From Octopus sinensis (Eukaryota), in NCBI RefSeq assembly GCF_006345805.1, contig NC_043004.1, positions 96,286,001 to 96,350,000 on the forward strand: a stretch of DNA of 64,000 bases, in the 5' to 3' direction. Positions 11,635 to 25,082 of this stretch are shown one piece after another. The notes under the pieces are model-generated. The model searched no databases. It had not been told where the DNA came from and worked only from the letters and a program-made list of their open reading frames with translations. The first letter of the stretch is position 1; each line of letters starts with the position of its first letter. A program made the translations under genes and the position numbers.

Positions 11635-11698
11635 TAGAATTACCAATGGTTTCATGTCCATGAAAGTCACAGCCTTGTGGACAGCTCATCAGACTCTA
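11635..11698 (-). ncRNA. apparently intact type I hammerhead ribozyme
   Basis: TAGAGT-CTGATGA-GC-TGTCCA..TGGACA-T-GAAA-CC-ATT-GG-TA^ATTCTA: stem I 6 bp (one G.U), stem II 6 bp plus G.U, stem III 3 bp, GUA triplet. Confidence 0.75.
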
Positions 11699-11764
11699 GA
11701 CAATAACAAAATTTAGCTTTTCTGCCTTGCAGATGTGAGGAAATGCTAGGATAACAACATTTAA

Positions 11765-11983
11765 CCCTTTAGTGTTCAGATTATTCAATCAAACATAATG
11801 CCTATTGATTTCCATTGATTTGAATTAATTATGCATTATCTCATATCTTCAAGATCTTGATGGTGTAATTACTTAATGTAGAATAACATTGTAGGGTAGG
11901 TGTGAGAGCCTGGATCTGGTCAGTTTGAACATAAAACAGATGAGCTATTTTGGCCGGATATGGCTGGTTTAAATACTAAAAGG
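11765..11983 (+). mobile_element. piggyBac-type MITE
   Basis: TTAA|CCCTTTAGTGTT ... AATACTAAAAGG|TTAA; second, inverted copy at 61895-62087. Confidence 0.8.
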
Positions 11984-12171
11984 TTAAACGATAATTATGA
12001 AAACATTAATGAGGACAGGTTATCTTCCCTGGACCAGAGGATAAATAACCTTCACAGACTCTTACTAGCCTAACCAACAAACAGGGAGATTCAATTTTCC
12101 AGTTGGTAGCACTTGAAATAGACACATTTAGAGAAAATATCTTTACGACTATTTAACGTGCTAAGATATAT

Positions 12172-12345
12172 ATCATCATCATCATCGTTTAACGTCCGCT
12201 TTCCATGCTAGCATGGGTTGGACGATTTTGACTGAGGGCTGGCGAGCCAGATGGCTTCACCAGGCTCCAATCTTGATCTGGCAGAGTTTCTACAGTTGGA
12301 TGCCCTTCCTAACGCCAACCACTCCGAGAGTGTAGTGGGTGCTTT
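12172..12345 (-). mobile_element. RTE-associated 3' tail fragment ending (GAT)n
   Basis: Reverse of GGAGTGGTTGGCGTTAGGAAGGGCATCC...CCAACCCATGCTAGCATGGAAAGCGGACGTTAAACGATGATG; same tail follows the RTE ORF at 49520-50222. Confidence 0.8.
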
Positions 12346-12355
12346 ATATATATAT

Positions 12356-12747
12356 AGGCGCAGGAGTGGCTGTGTGGTAAGTAGCTTGTTTACCAACCAC
12401 ATGGTTCCGGGTTCAGTCTCACTGCGTGGCACTTTGGGCAAGTGTCTTCTACTATAGCCTCGGGCTGACCAAAGCCTTGTGAGTGGATTTGGTAGACGGA
12501 AACTGAAAGAAGCCTGTCGTATATATGTATATATATATGCGTGTGTGTGTTTGTCCCCCTAGCATTGCTTGACAACCGATGCTGGTGTGTTTATGTCCCC
12601 GTTACTTAGCGGTTCGGCAAAAGAGATCGATAGAATAAGTACTGGGCTTACAAAAAGAATAAGTCCCGGGGTCGAGTTGCTCGATTAAAGGCGGTGCTCC
12701 AGCATGGCCGCAGTCAAATGACTGAAACAAGTAAAAGAGTAAAAGAA
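12356..12747 (+). mobile_element. SINE family A, full length
   Basis: Same head, body and tail as 2455-2868. Confidence 0.92.
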
Positions 12748-12749
12748 TA

Positions 12750-13581
12750 TACTGGGTGTAACAGGTAAATTGAGATAAAATTCAAATGGATAGATTTCTA
12801 ATTGTATAGATTTTGTTTAAGTCTAAATTTTAAATATTACCAGCTTGAATGATTACTTGTAGAAGTGATTATTTTGTAACGTTAATAAAATATTAAACTG
12901 TAGATGTGTAATCGCCCAATTATTCTGCATTGGCAAAAGTGCTAGGCAGATTATTAGAGTCACAGAGTATGCCAAATCTACTGTTTTTAGAGTTGAAGCC
13001 AATTTGAAGAAAAGTGAGGATGTTCAAAGAAAGCTTCCCAGTCCTCGTAGTGACTGAAAACACACATTGCATTTCTTAACAGGACTTAAAAGATCGATTG
13101 AGTCAAACCCATCAAAATCGGTGGCAAAGTTGGCTCAAGACCAAGGAATCAGTAAAATGACCATTTCTAAGGTTGTGAGACAAGACTTTCATATGAAATT
13201 GTATGTGAGGAGACACCGTAAAATCTTAACAACCCACCCCAAAGCCATTCGATCTGAAGGAAGTCTCAAACTTCTTGGTCACATGAAACATCGTGGCAGA
13301 GACGTCTGCATCTTTGTAGATGAATAGTTGAACTGAAGGCAAGGATTATGGCATCATTCACAAACTTAAACAAGGAGACCATCCACAAGAGGTGCAGGAG
13401 ATTCCAAAGTCGTCTGGAGGCTGTGGTTGGAGCCAATGACGATTTTATTGAATAAATTTACTTTTTAGTATTTCAAGATATTTTTATATAATTTTTGGGA
13501 AATATATTTGTTAAAATGAGTTGTTAGTATCATTTTCACTTTTGCATAATTTACACGACAATTTATTCACCACACCCTGTG
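12750..13581 (+). mobile_element. internally deleted Tc1/mariner (maT/DD37D-like) element
   Basis: Imperfect TIRs actgggtgtaacaggtaaattg / caatttattcaccacaccctgt. N-terminal HTH (GKSARQIIRVTEYAKSTVFRV..KSVAKLAQDQGISKMTISKVV..IFVDE) joined to C-terminal ELKARIM...CRRFQSRLEAVVGANDDFIE*; most of the DDD domain is missing. Confidence 0.8.
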
Positions 13582-13592
13582 TATATATATAT

Positions 13593-13638
<46 letters not shown>

Positions 13639-14279
13639 CACACATATATATATATTTGTAGGGGAGAGAAAGTGAGAAAGAGAGAGAGGCATAAGTGTGT
13701 ATGCATATATTTGTGTGAGTTTGAGTATCTGTGTTATTTTTTATTTTTGAAATTGCTTTCTAATTGTAAACATTATAAACAAACATCACCATTATACAAT
13801 TAATGTCGTTTGTTTGCAATTCTTTGTGAAAACAAGTCTCAGAGAAATATTGCTTTATTTGGACATAGACGAGAATGGGGACAGAGATTGTAACTGCCCA
13901 TAGAAAAATTTGCTTCAATGAATTTCAAATACCTCAAGGAAGCATGGAAAAAAGTAGCTATTAAAATGATGATGATAAAAAGATAGAAATTTTGCAGAAG
14001 GGTATTATGAATATTGGTTCCAGTTCTTGACTGTTATTCTATAGACACCAAATGCAAGTCAAAGATAATTTGAGGCAGTGCTATCTTAAGGCCTGGGCAC
14101 ACTAAGCAATTGTCTAGGGTCTCTCATGAATCTAGGAACCCAGTTACGATCTACAATTATGTACAGTGGCTTGCTGCCAACAAATAAATACAATCATGTC
14201 TTGTAAGTTCTCAGTCATCCATTCACTGTCTTTCTCAATAAAGTAGTTTTTAACCATTAATGGTGAGATAATCCGGATA

Positions 14280-14690
14280 TAGGTGCAGGAGTGGCTGAGT
14301 GGTAAGTAGCTTGCTAACCAACCACATGGTTCCGGGTTCAGTCCCACTATGTGGCATCTTGGGCAAGTGTCTTCTGCTATAGCCCCGGGCCGACCAATGC
14401 CTTGTGAGTGGATTTGGTAGACGGAAACTGAAAGAAGCCTGTCGTATATATGTATATATATATATATGTGTATGTATGTGTGTTTGTGTGTCTGTGTTTG
14501 TCCCCCTAGCATTGCTTGACAACCGATGCTGGTGTGTTTACGTCCCCGTCACTTAGCGGTTTGGCAAAAGAGACCGATAGTACTGGGCTTACAAAAAGAA
14601 TAAGTCCCGGGGTCGATTTGCTTGACTAAAGGCGGTGCTCCAGCATGGCCGCAGTCAAATGACTGAAACAAGTAAAAGAGTAAAAGAGTA
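14280..14690 (+). mobile_element. SINE family A, full length
   Basis: As above. Confidence 0.92.
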
Positions 14691-14699
14691 TATGTTTTC

Positions 14700-14805
14700 T
14701 CGGTAAACTTTCCTAGTGGTGAACTTTCCTTGCAGTGAACCTTCTTCACAGTAAATTGACAGCGGTGAACTTTTCCTGTGATGAATTGATGGCAGTGAAC
14801 TTACT
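14700..14805. repeat. ~15-bp degenerate tandem repeat (GTGAACTTTCC-like) x ~7
   Basis: ggtaaactttcc, ggtgaactttcc, agtgaaccttc, agtaaattgac, ggtgaacttttcc, gatgaattgat, agtgaacttac; resembles subterminal repeats of DNA-transposon MITEs. Confidence 0.6.
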
Positions 14806-14909
14806 TGTAATCAAATACTATGGGATCTAGTGCACTGATTTTCCCAGGGAGTAATAATTCTACTAAGATGATTCTGCTTTGAGGGAACTAAACTTAGAAT
14901 GGTAACTAA

Positions 14910-15112
14910 ATATTGGTTTCAAATGTTAGCACAAGTGCCAGCAAGTTTGTGGGAGGAGATTACATCAACCCCAGTGCTCAACTGGTATTTAGTTTTTTGA
15001 CCCTGAAAGGATGAAAGGCAATGTTGAAATCAGCAGAATTTGGACTCAATATGTAAAGATGGACAAAATACTGCTCAACATTTTACTTGGCATGCTAATG
15101 ATTCTGTCAGCT
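14910..15112 (-). mobile_element. SINE family D, degenerate
   Basis: gaccctgaaaggatgaaaggc is the reverse of the Nin/Deu-like core. Confidence 0.75.
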
Positions 15113-15130
15113 TATTATTTTTTTACTAAT

Positions 15131-15305
15131 GTGGACGAGATGGTGAAGATGCCGACGACCGCTCGGTTCAAAGTCTCCCTTGACCACAAGTGGCCTGAAC
15201 TCTTTACATGAACACCACCCTGTACATAACTCCATGTCCCCCTACATGGCCTTGCTTTTTGCTTTTTGAGCCAAAAAATTACTAACTAACTAACTAACTA
15301 ACTAA
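15131..15305 (+). mobile_element. short CR1-type LINE 3' end with (CTAA)n tail
   Basis: DEMVKMPTTARFKVSLDHKWPELFT* fits the CR1 C-terminal FK..LD..W motif; short 3'UTR, tandem tail. Confidence 0.7.
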
Positions 15306-16309
15306 ATATTAAAAGGCATTTTATCCATCACTTGACTGGTTTTGCCTGTTTTCATAAGAAGTACTTAATTGATACTGGAATGATAAAGGATAAAGCAGAT
15401 CTCTAATAGGTTCGAGCTCCCAGCAAAGACAGTCATAATGCAGTTTTACTATCACTTTATTGATTCTACCAGTTTTTTAACCGCAATCTCACAAAATTTC
15501 TTAGAAGAATGTCAGTTATATTTTCTCCATATTTGACGAATTTTTCCCCCCTCAATCTTATCATTGCCTCCGTGAGGCAATGACAAGTGACTGAGACCTT
15601 TGGTGATATGCCATGCTTGAGGAAACCAATCAAGCCAAATGAAATCGTAGTTTTGGCTGATGCCAGTGTCATATATGTGTGTGTGTAAATATCTTTTATG
15701 TGCATGTGTGTATATATATCTTTTATGTATGTGTTTGCATGTGTATGTATATTTTTATGTAAGTATGAATGCATGTATGTATAAAATTAACATTGCAACG
15801 TTATGCTAGCATTTTCCAACAATATTTACTATTTCCCTGTAGAGACATATTGTTGATTAATTAAAGATATGTTCTTCTACATTAAATTTGTTTCTATATA
15901 ATTCACATTTATACTGTGGGTTATATCCTTAGGTTATTTTTATTTATAGTTAATACTATTTTTTCACAGCAGTGTATATCTATATTCTTCAACATCATTT
16001 TATCATAGCTTTAACGTTTCCTTTTCCACACTTGAACACGTCAAATAGAATTCATTGACGCAGATTTTCTAAGGCCAGATACCCTTTGTGTCAGTTTTGA
16101 AATGACCAACATTGTATATAAGATGGTGAACTGGTTTTAATAACTGTCACATGATGCCAAAACAAGGACACACACATACACACACAGAGGAGAAGATGCT
16201 TTCCCAAGGTGTCTCACTCTGGAACTGGCTCTAAAACCACATGTACCAGAAGCAAACTTTTTAACCCCACAGGTACACATTCACCTATTTGTATATGAAA
16301 CCTTTGACA

Positions 16310-16858
16310 ACTGTGCTTGAGGAGACCCATCAATCCAAATGAAATCGTAGTCGTGGCCAGTGACAGTGACACGTAATAGGTACCTGTGCTGGTGACATAT
16401 AAAGGGAACTCACTACACTCTTGGAGTGGTTGGCTTTAAGAAGGGCATCCAGCTGTAGAAGCCAAGCCAAACCAGGCTAGATCCTAGTACAGCTCTCTGG
16501 CTTACCAGTTCCAATTGAACTACCTAATCCAGTGGTTCCCAAAGTGGGCAGTATTGCCCCCTGCCCCCGAGAACAGTGGAAAGTTCTAAGGGGGTGCTGA
16601 AGAAAAGTGGGACGACAATGGGGTGATGATTCAAGTAAAAACAACAAAATAATGAGTTCATTAAGTTAAGTTTTATTTGTGAAATACAGTTGCTTTGAAT
16701 TTGCTTCAGAAAGAGGTCTATGTTTGTGGTGGTTAGTTAGGGTGGGAGTGCTAGGAATGTGGTCTGGGTGTCAAGGGGGCAGCAGCCCCAAAACGTTTGG
16801 GAACTTAATCCATAGCAGCATTGAAAAACGGATTCTAAATGATGATTATCAGGATGAT
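16310..16858 (+). mobile_element. degenerate RTE 3' tail interrupted by a hAT MITE
   Basis: ggagtggttggctttaagaagggcatcc ... resumes after the MITE as catagcagcattgaaaaacgga..tgatgat. Confidence 0.7.
16530..16804. mobile_element. hAT-type MITE
   Basis: CAGTGGTTCCCAAA left TIR; TTTGGGAAC right TIR (clipped); 8-bp TSD acctaatc/acttaatc. Confidence 0.75.
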
Positions 16859-17265
16859 ATATATATACATAAATAAATCACCGTCTCTATTGAGGTAGCA
16901 AGCATGTGTTTGTCAATGATTCATAGAAGAGTTATAATAAGACTGAAACATATCTGAAACTATCACTGTGTCTGTTAAAGATCAAATTATCTTAAATTTG
17001 TTCGCAGATTGCCTTACCAGTCACTGTGTAACCAAGTTTCATTTAATTAATATGTAGTCTGGTGTATTTTTAATCAGTTTGTATTCTGGTGCATTTTTTC
17101 TTATGAGTTGTCTTCTATGTCTTTGCTTGGTTTAGTATAGCATTGTTCAGCATTACTTTATGATATGGGTATGGCTTTCATTAATTAAATTTATTGGCCA
17201 TACCACCTGAAGTATGTTAGCACTTAATTCATATAAATATATCTACATAACTATTTATATATCTA

Positions 17266-17316
<51 letters not shown>

Positions 17317-18236
17317 ATATACACGCACACAACAAAGACAGGCACACATATATACATGCTTACCTTTATAATATACACGCGCACATACACATACATGAGC
17401 ACAAAATTGGAAAACATAAACAAATACACACACAAACACATGTTATTTGATTGTCATTTAATAGACAGTTAAAATGACAAACAGATAAACAAATTTAATG
17501 ACAAGACATATTGACAAAAAGATCTGATCTATGGACACAAACACAGACACAGACACACATATACACATATGCATACACACATATGCATATGTGTGTATGC
17601 ATACATACATACATACATACATACATACATACATACATACATACATACGCTTTCTCTAGCAGATGCTTATAAATGAACACAGAAAAATCATGTGCTAAAA
17701 ATCAATAACTATTAAATACTGTCCACCACAAAAACAACTCAGGCAGGCAGACATGGGCATTAAAATAAAATATGAGTTATAGATCCATAGAAAAGTGAGG
17801 AAATAGGAAATTGTGACGCTGATTCCTTTCCCAAGGATATTAATAATTTAACTGAAATTGTTCCAACAGGAAGTAGAAACCATAATTTTGTCTTGATTTA
17901 TCAATGACATTGTTCTATATAACAATGGATTTTATATCTGCTGGTGATATTCGTACTAGAAAAATTTAAATAAACCCTTGTATATTACTGGTAGTTATTT
18001 TATCAATAAACTTGGTGGAACAGAAATCACTATGAACATTATTAATTTGAATAGGACAGGATGATGTCTGTGCAGTTAAATTCCATTAGAGGAAGAGGCT
18101 ATGAAAGACAATGAAAGACTTGGCAATAAAGTATAAGACGGTTTGATTTTTGTAACCCAATGTGTTAAAATAACATTTTCGCTTAGAACATTGATGCCAC
18201 CAAAATGGATATTGTGTATGTCTCTCATCTTTTCAG

Positions 18237-18310
18237 AGATATGTGTTAACAAAGATGAAGATTAGCAGAACTGATGGAACAGTGAACAAATTGTTTTTAA
18301 GTACATAAAG
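18237..18310 (+). other. candidate non-coding/UTR exon (74 bp)
   Basis: tctctcatcttttcAG ... AAAG|GTGTGT; stops in all three frames. Confidence 0.25.
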
Positions 18311-18336
18311 GTGTGTGTGTGTGTACACACACAAGC

Positions 18337-18387
<51 letters not shown>

Positions 18388-18449
18388 ATATATAATATAT
18401 ATATATATATAATATATATATATATATAATATATATATATATATATACG

Positions 18450-19305
<856 letters not shown>

Positions 19306-19592
19306 AAAAAAATATATATATATATGAGGGGAAGTCAAACATTATCTGCTCTTTCACCATAACATCTTTATTAATGGTACACTGTCTTCTGTGCATGCGT
19401 GCTTATAATTGGTACTATTGCGGTCACATAATTGAAATTTGAGCCTGATCACACCATTTTTCTTTCTTCACAAAGAAGAACAAAGAGCATTGATCTGATT
19501 TCTCTGGAATAGGGGTGTATGGTCAACAGTGCAACATACAGTGCTTTGCTGGCCAACAAACAGAAGCCAGCAATTCGCACCAAATGCTGAAG

Positions 19593-19623
<31 letters not shown>

Positions 19624-19633
19624 TGTATGTATG

Positions 19634-19664
<31 letters not shown>

Positions 19665-19909
19665 AAGTTATATATATATACATATACACACAGACACACA
19701 CACACACACGCACACACATATAGTGGTGGCTATTTGATTTGTTTCAGTGCTGGTGAGATATATTTTGCCTTCATCTGTTCCCACAGACTTGGAAAAGTAA
19801 GTATGGGTCAAACACTGGGATCAGTTTAATCAGCTGATCCCTGGTTCACAATGTGTGTGCTAACGACTGAGTCAGAGATCAATTATTGATAACACTGTTG
19901 ATGACGAGG

Positions 19910-20080
19910 CTATTTACATAGACCCCAGTATTCAAATGGTATTTATTTTATCGACCCTGAAAGGGTGAAAGGCTGAGCTGACCTTGGCAGAATTTGAACT
20001 CAGAACATGAAGACAAATGAAATGCTGCAAAGCCTTTTACCCCGTGCCCGGCATGCTAACAATTCTGCCGGCTCACCACC
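19910..20080 (-). mobile_element. SINE family D
   Basis: tttatcgaccctgaaagggtgaaaggc...gaatttgaactcagaac. Confidence 0.8.
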
Positions 20081-20279
20081 TTATGAACTAAGCATTATAT
20101 TACCAACCAGTTTCAGCTCTTTTATAGTCGTCTCTCTCTTACTGAAGAAGAACAAGTATCAGAAATGCTATATTGTTTCACTCCATGCAACAAATGAACT
20201 TAATTGCACTCTTCTATAAACTTCTCGGGGGATCAGTCTTGCCAACTCTGGCCATCACTACTTTTTCTTTCTGATCACT

Positions 20280-20459
20280 TCACTACTACTACTACTACTA
20301 CTAATAGTACTACTGCTGCTGCTGCTGCTGCTACTTCTACTGCTGCTACTTCAACTGCTGCTACTTCTACTGCTGCTGCTGCTACTATGACTACTACTAT
20401 TACTACTACTACTGCTACTACTTCTACTGCTGCTGCTTCTACTATGTCTACTACTATTA

Positions 20460-20494
<35 letters not shown>

Positions 20495-20770
20495 ACTTCT
20501 ACTGCTGCTGCTGCTTCTACTACTTCTACTGCTGCTGCTGTTGCTGCTACTTCTACTGCTGCTGCTGCTACTATGACTACTACTATTACTACTACTACTA
20601 CTACAACTGCTACTGTGTCTACTACTACTACTACAACTACTACTACTACGACTACTACTACTACTACTGCTGCTGCTAATATGACTACAAGCACCACTAT
20701 AATTACATAGATCACCACCAACACCACTATTATCATCCCCCATTCACTACCCCACCATCATCATCATCCT
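20280..20770. repeat. cryptic trinucleotide (ACT/GCT/TCT)n microsatellite
   Basis: Direct reading; gives T/A/S-, V/A- and S-rich ORFs on both strands. Confidence 0.9.
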
Positions 20771-20959
20771 CATTCTGCTGTCACGAATTTGATGGGTTGT
20801 TGTGCTTTGAGTCAGTTATTAAATTTACTACACATGTAGATGAGTCACATGACAACATCATGGCCATACATTTCATCTTTGGCTTGATTTATACAACTGG
20901 TTGACCTTCCAATCACTAATTAGTTTGCAGAGTCATATACTTGGCTTGTTTTATTATGC

Positions 20960-21290
20960 TGAGACCCCCTTCAGTCATGACTGACCATGGGATTGCACCT
21001 AGAAAGTTACCCTCCCAGGCACAAGTCTGAGCAAGGTTGTTTTATGGAAGACCAGCAGTCGCCCATGCATACCGGCCTCCCCTCTCTACGCCACCAGTGT
21101 TATCCAAGGGAAAGGCAAAGGCTGATACAGCTAGGCATCTGTGACGATGCAACTCATTTGTACAGCTGAGTGAACTGGAGCAACGTGAAATAAAGTGTCT
21201 TGCTCAAGAACACAACATGCAGCCCGGTCAGGGATTCGAACTCACAACCGCACGATCATAAGTTTGACGCTCTAACCACTGAGCCATGAC
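20960..21290 (-). mobile_element. SINE family B (tRNA head, Meta-domain-like core), full length
   Basis: Reverse of TGGCTCAGTGGTTAGAGCG..GAGTTCGAATCCC..TTGAGCAAGACACTTTATTTCACGTTGCTCCAGTTCACTCAGCTG..GAAGGGGGTCTC. Confidence 0.88.
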
Positions 21291-21768
21291 ACCAATGCTA
21301 ATGATGTTGTTATGTCCTCAACCAGATTTAATGGTTCCTCTTACCCTCTTAACTTTGTTCATTCATCAATCACTTCACAGCATGTCTTGCTCAAGAACAC
21401 AACACTCAGCCCGGTCAGGGATTCAAACTCACAACCTCACGATCGTAAGCTCGACATTCTAACCACTGACCCATGACACCAATTATTATGACACCGATGC
21501 TAATGATGCTATGTCATTGACCAGATTTAATGGTTCCTCTTACCCTCTTAACTTTGTTCATTCATCAATCACTTCACAGCATGTCTTGCTCAAGAACACA
21601 ACACTCAGCCCGGTCAGGGATTCAAACTCACAACCTCAGGATCGTAAGCTTGACATTCTAACCACTGACCCATGACACCGATGCTAATGATGCTATGTCA
21701 TTGACCAGATTTAATGGTTCCTCTTACCCTCTTAACTTTGTTCATTCATCAATCACTTTACAGCATGT
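21195..21768 (-). repeat. triplicated ~190-bp unit (SINE B head plus unique flank)
   Basis: cttgctcaagaacacaac recurs at ~21199, 21386 and 21585 with near-identical flank. Confidence 0.9.
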
Positions 21769-22199
21769 ACTCTGTTATTATACCAGTACTAGTATAATAC
21801 TGTATTACTTTGTAACTCATAAGCTTGAATAACCCTCATGAATCTATGATAAGTTTACTCAGAAGATATATGGTTGTTATTTTCATTCGTTTTTGTAAAG
21901 TTGAAAATTTACTGACGAAAGAATTTGGATTGTAGGATGTTCTTGCTTTTCTCCATGGTATCAAGAATTATTTTTAAGGGACTTTGCCCTTTTCTTCAAA
22001 TGAGAATTGAAATAGCCTCACGGATTTGATTTGTGAGGTGTCCATCTCTTGCAGTGCTATATAACAAGTAGTAGTAGTAGTAATAACAACTAGAAGATTA
22101 TAAATTTTTTAAACTACTTAAAACTTTCTAAACTGAAATAAACATTCCAAATAGGAAATATATACGCTGACATTCACACACACATTCATTAACGTAAGC

Positions 22200-22224
22200 A
22201 AACACACATATACACATACATACA

Positions 22225-22256
<32 letters not shown>

Positions 22257-22445
22257 CACATATACACATGCATACATACATACATACATACATACATACA
22301 CACATACACACATATGTACATACATACATACATACATACACACACACATACATACATACATACATACATACATACATACATACATACATACATACATACA
22401 TACATACATACATACATACACACATACATATACATATGTATGTAC
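22200..22445. repeat. (CATA)n microsatellite
   Basis: Direct reading. Confidence 0.95.
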
Positions 22446-22981
22446 AAGATTGGAAACAAAATAAAATGTGAAAAAATGATTTAATAAGAAAATGTGAATT
22501 TACTTCCTGTTTTCCATTTTCAATATCAGATGTCAATGAGAAAGTCAATTTTTCTTCATAAAAATGGTATGAAAGGAAGGAAGTAAGGAAGGAAGGAAGG
22601 AAGGAACAAACATGGTGAGGGAGAGAGTAAAAAAAAAATTAACAAGTTCAGGGAGAAGTTTACAGAGTAGGAGAAACAGATACAATGAAAAGTGGAATGA
22701 AAATACAGAAAGTTAGATTAACAGCGAAAGAGAATGATATGGCGAGGAAGGAGGGAATGGGATAAAAACAGGAAGGTAGAGAGAGAGGACGTGTGTAAGA
22801 AAAGATACAGAAAAAATATCGAGGTGAAGGGGGGTGGGGTAGAGAGAGGACGACAGGAAGACAGGAAGAATATGATCAAATGAAGAAGAAAATGTTAAAA
22901 AAGTTGGAAAATGTAAAAATTATACAGAAATTTATTGCAAAATTGAGGAAGGATAACAACAGATAGAAAGACAGATTAAAA

Positions 22982-23012
<31 letters not shown>

Positions 23013-23824
23013 ATGAAGGAGAGAAGATTGCTTAAAAAAAAAAGAGGAAACAGAAACGAAAGTTAAAGCTGAGGGAGAACAAGAGGTTAGGAGAGAGAGC
23101 TGAGGGAGAGCAAGAGGTTAGGAGAGAGAGAAAGCTTGAGGGGTAAATGAAAGAAGATGAAAAAGAAAGAGTCAGAAGCTAAGAGTTTTCTGTAGAAGTT
23201 GTAGTAAGGGGGGAAAAAAAAGAGAAAGGCGGAAAGAAAGAAAAAGGAAGTGAAAGCAAGAAAACAATAGAAACATATAAAAAAAAATACATTAAAAAAA
23301 AAGAACGAAAATTTCCAAAAACCCTTCCAGGAAATACTTGACAAATATTGATTATTGGAGAATATTTTGAAATACAAAACCAAAATCCTATAAAATATGA
23401 ATAACAAAATAAAAGCAAAAAAAAAAAACGAAAGTAAAAATCTAAATTTGCAAACACAAAGGTATATATAAACACTCATATGTTTGGGTGGAAGAAAAAT
23501 AAATTGGTTTATAATTAATTTCTTCGTTCTATATTAAAAGTTTTATTTTACCGTATTCCTTTTGTGAATTGTTTTTATTTCATTTTTGTCCATTAAAAAA
23601 AAAAAAACCCAACAAACCAAAAATTTCTTGTTAAATGTATATTTTTGATAATTTTGTTTGCTGTAAGCCACAGATTTTGGGCATGTTGGAATTTCAGGGG
23701 CTTAAGATGGAGTTAGAAGAGTATAAATGATGTATGAGCGACAGTAGAATCGGTTAATAAACATTTCAAAAACCTACTCAAATGTCTTAATAACAAAATG
23801 TTCTGTGATTTATCTTTGTAATCT

Positions 23825-24014
23825 TTCTTTTCTCTCTCTCTCTCCTTCTTTCTCTCTCTCTCCCCTTCTTTCTCTCTCTCTCTCTCCTTCGTTCTCTCTC
23901 TCTCCTTCTTTCTCTCTCTCTCTCTCTCTCTCCATCCATCCATCTATCTATGTATCTATCTATCTATCTATCTATCTGTCTGTATGTCTGTCTGTCTATC
24001 AATTTATCTATCTC

Positions 24015-24049
<35 letters not shown>

Positions 24050-24063
24050 GTCTGTCTATCAAT

Positions 24064-24129
<66 letters not shown>

Positions 24130-24225
24130 GTCTGTCTATCAATTTATCTATCTTTCTATATATCTATCCATCTATCCATCTATCCATCCATCTATCCATC
24201 TATCTATCTGTCTATCTGTCTATCT
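23825..24225. repeat. (CT)n plus (CTAT)n microsatellite
   Basis: Direct reading. Confidence 0.95.
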
Positions 24226-24494
24226 AACTCCCACATAAGTTTTTGGTTATTCTTCTTCTAAATCTTTGTTTTATCCTGAAAGAATACAAATCTGAACTGA
24301 AGATGGTTTCAAACTGGTGGTTTCAGGTAATTAATTTCATACCTCATTGCTCTTCAGTTCAAATTCCCTATAGGGGAATAAAACAAGTAGAAATCAGCCT
24401 GTATACTGTCACTGGACCAGTTAGAAACAGTTGTGAAAACTACATTAGATTATATCCTACCGTAATGAAAATAATAATAAATAAATATATGCAC

Positions 24495-24732
24495 CATTTT
24501 AAAGCCAGGCTCATGGGCCTCGTTTCCTGGTTTCTATGGTGTATGTGTTCCCCAGCTGGATGGGACGCCAGTCCATCGCAGCGTTACTCATTTTTGCCAG
24601 CTGGGTGGACTGGAGCAACGCGAAATGGAGTGTTTTGCTCAAGAACACAACGCGTCGCTTAGTCCTGGAATTGAAACCACAATCTTACGATCATGGTGCT
24701 GACACCCTAACCACTAAGCCACGTGCCTCCAC
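24495..24732 (-). mobile_element. SINE family C monomer, nested in an older degenerate repeat
   Basis: Reverse of the 250-bp monomer of the dimers at 33819 and 36680. Confidence 0.88.
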
Positions 24733-25082
24733 AATAAAATAGGATACATTGAATAATGTAGTTCTAAATACATACCTCTGAATAAAAGACTAGATGATCA
24801 TGAGTAGCCTGTTATTTGATTCTTAGTTTTCTAGGACAGGAATGACCTGAGGCCAAAAAATAACAATAATGGGAATTCCTTTGTTTTGTGGCAAAACACT
24901 TTATTTTACATTACCTTATTTCACCTAGCTATTTGTAGGAATTGATACTAAATCCTCAAAGAATGTTAGCTGGTGTTGCATAACTAGCACCTGTTCTGGT
25001 GGCATGTAAAATACACCTTTTAAGCTTTGGATCTCATGGAGGCAATAACAAATAACTGAGAACTTTGATATGCTGTGCTTGA

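Noticed and set aside
12390-12575. Recurring ORFs such as DRLLSVSVYQIHSQGFG..EDTCP and RQASFSFRLPNPLTR..
   Set aside because: Spurious translations of SINE family A.
21195-21768. Regularly spaced repeats as a CRISPR-like array
   Set aside because: Whole ~190-bp units are duplicated with no unique spacers; eukaryotic context, no cas genes.
24282-24326. Possible exon ending TTTCAG|GTAATT
   Set aside because: Weak acceptor, and it overlaps the head of a degenerate repeat.
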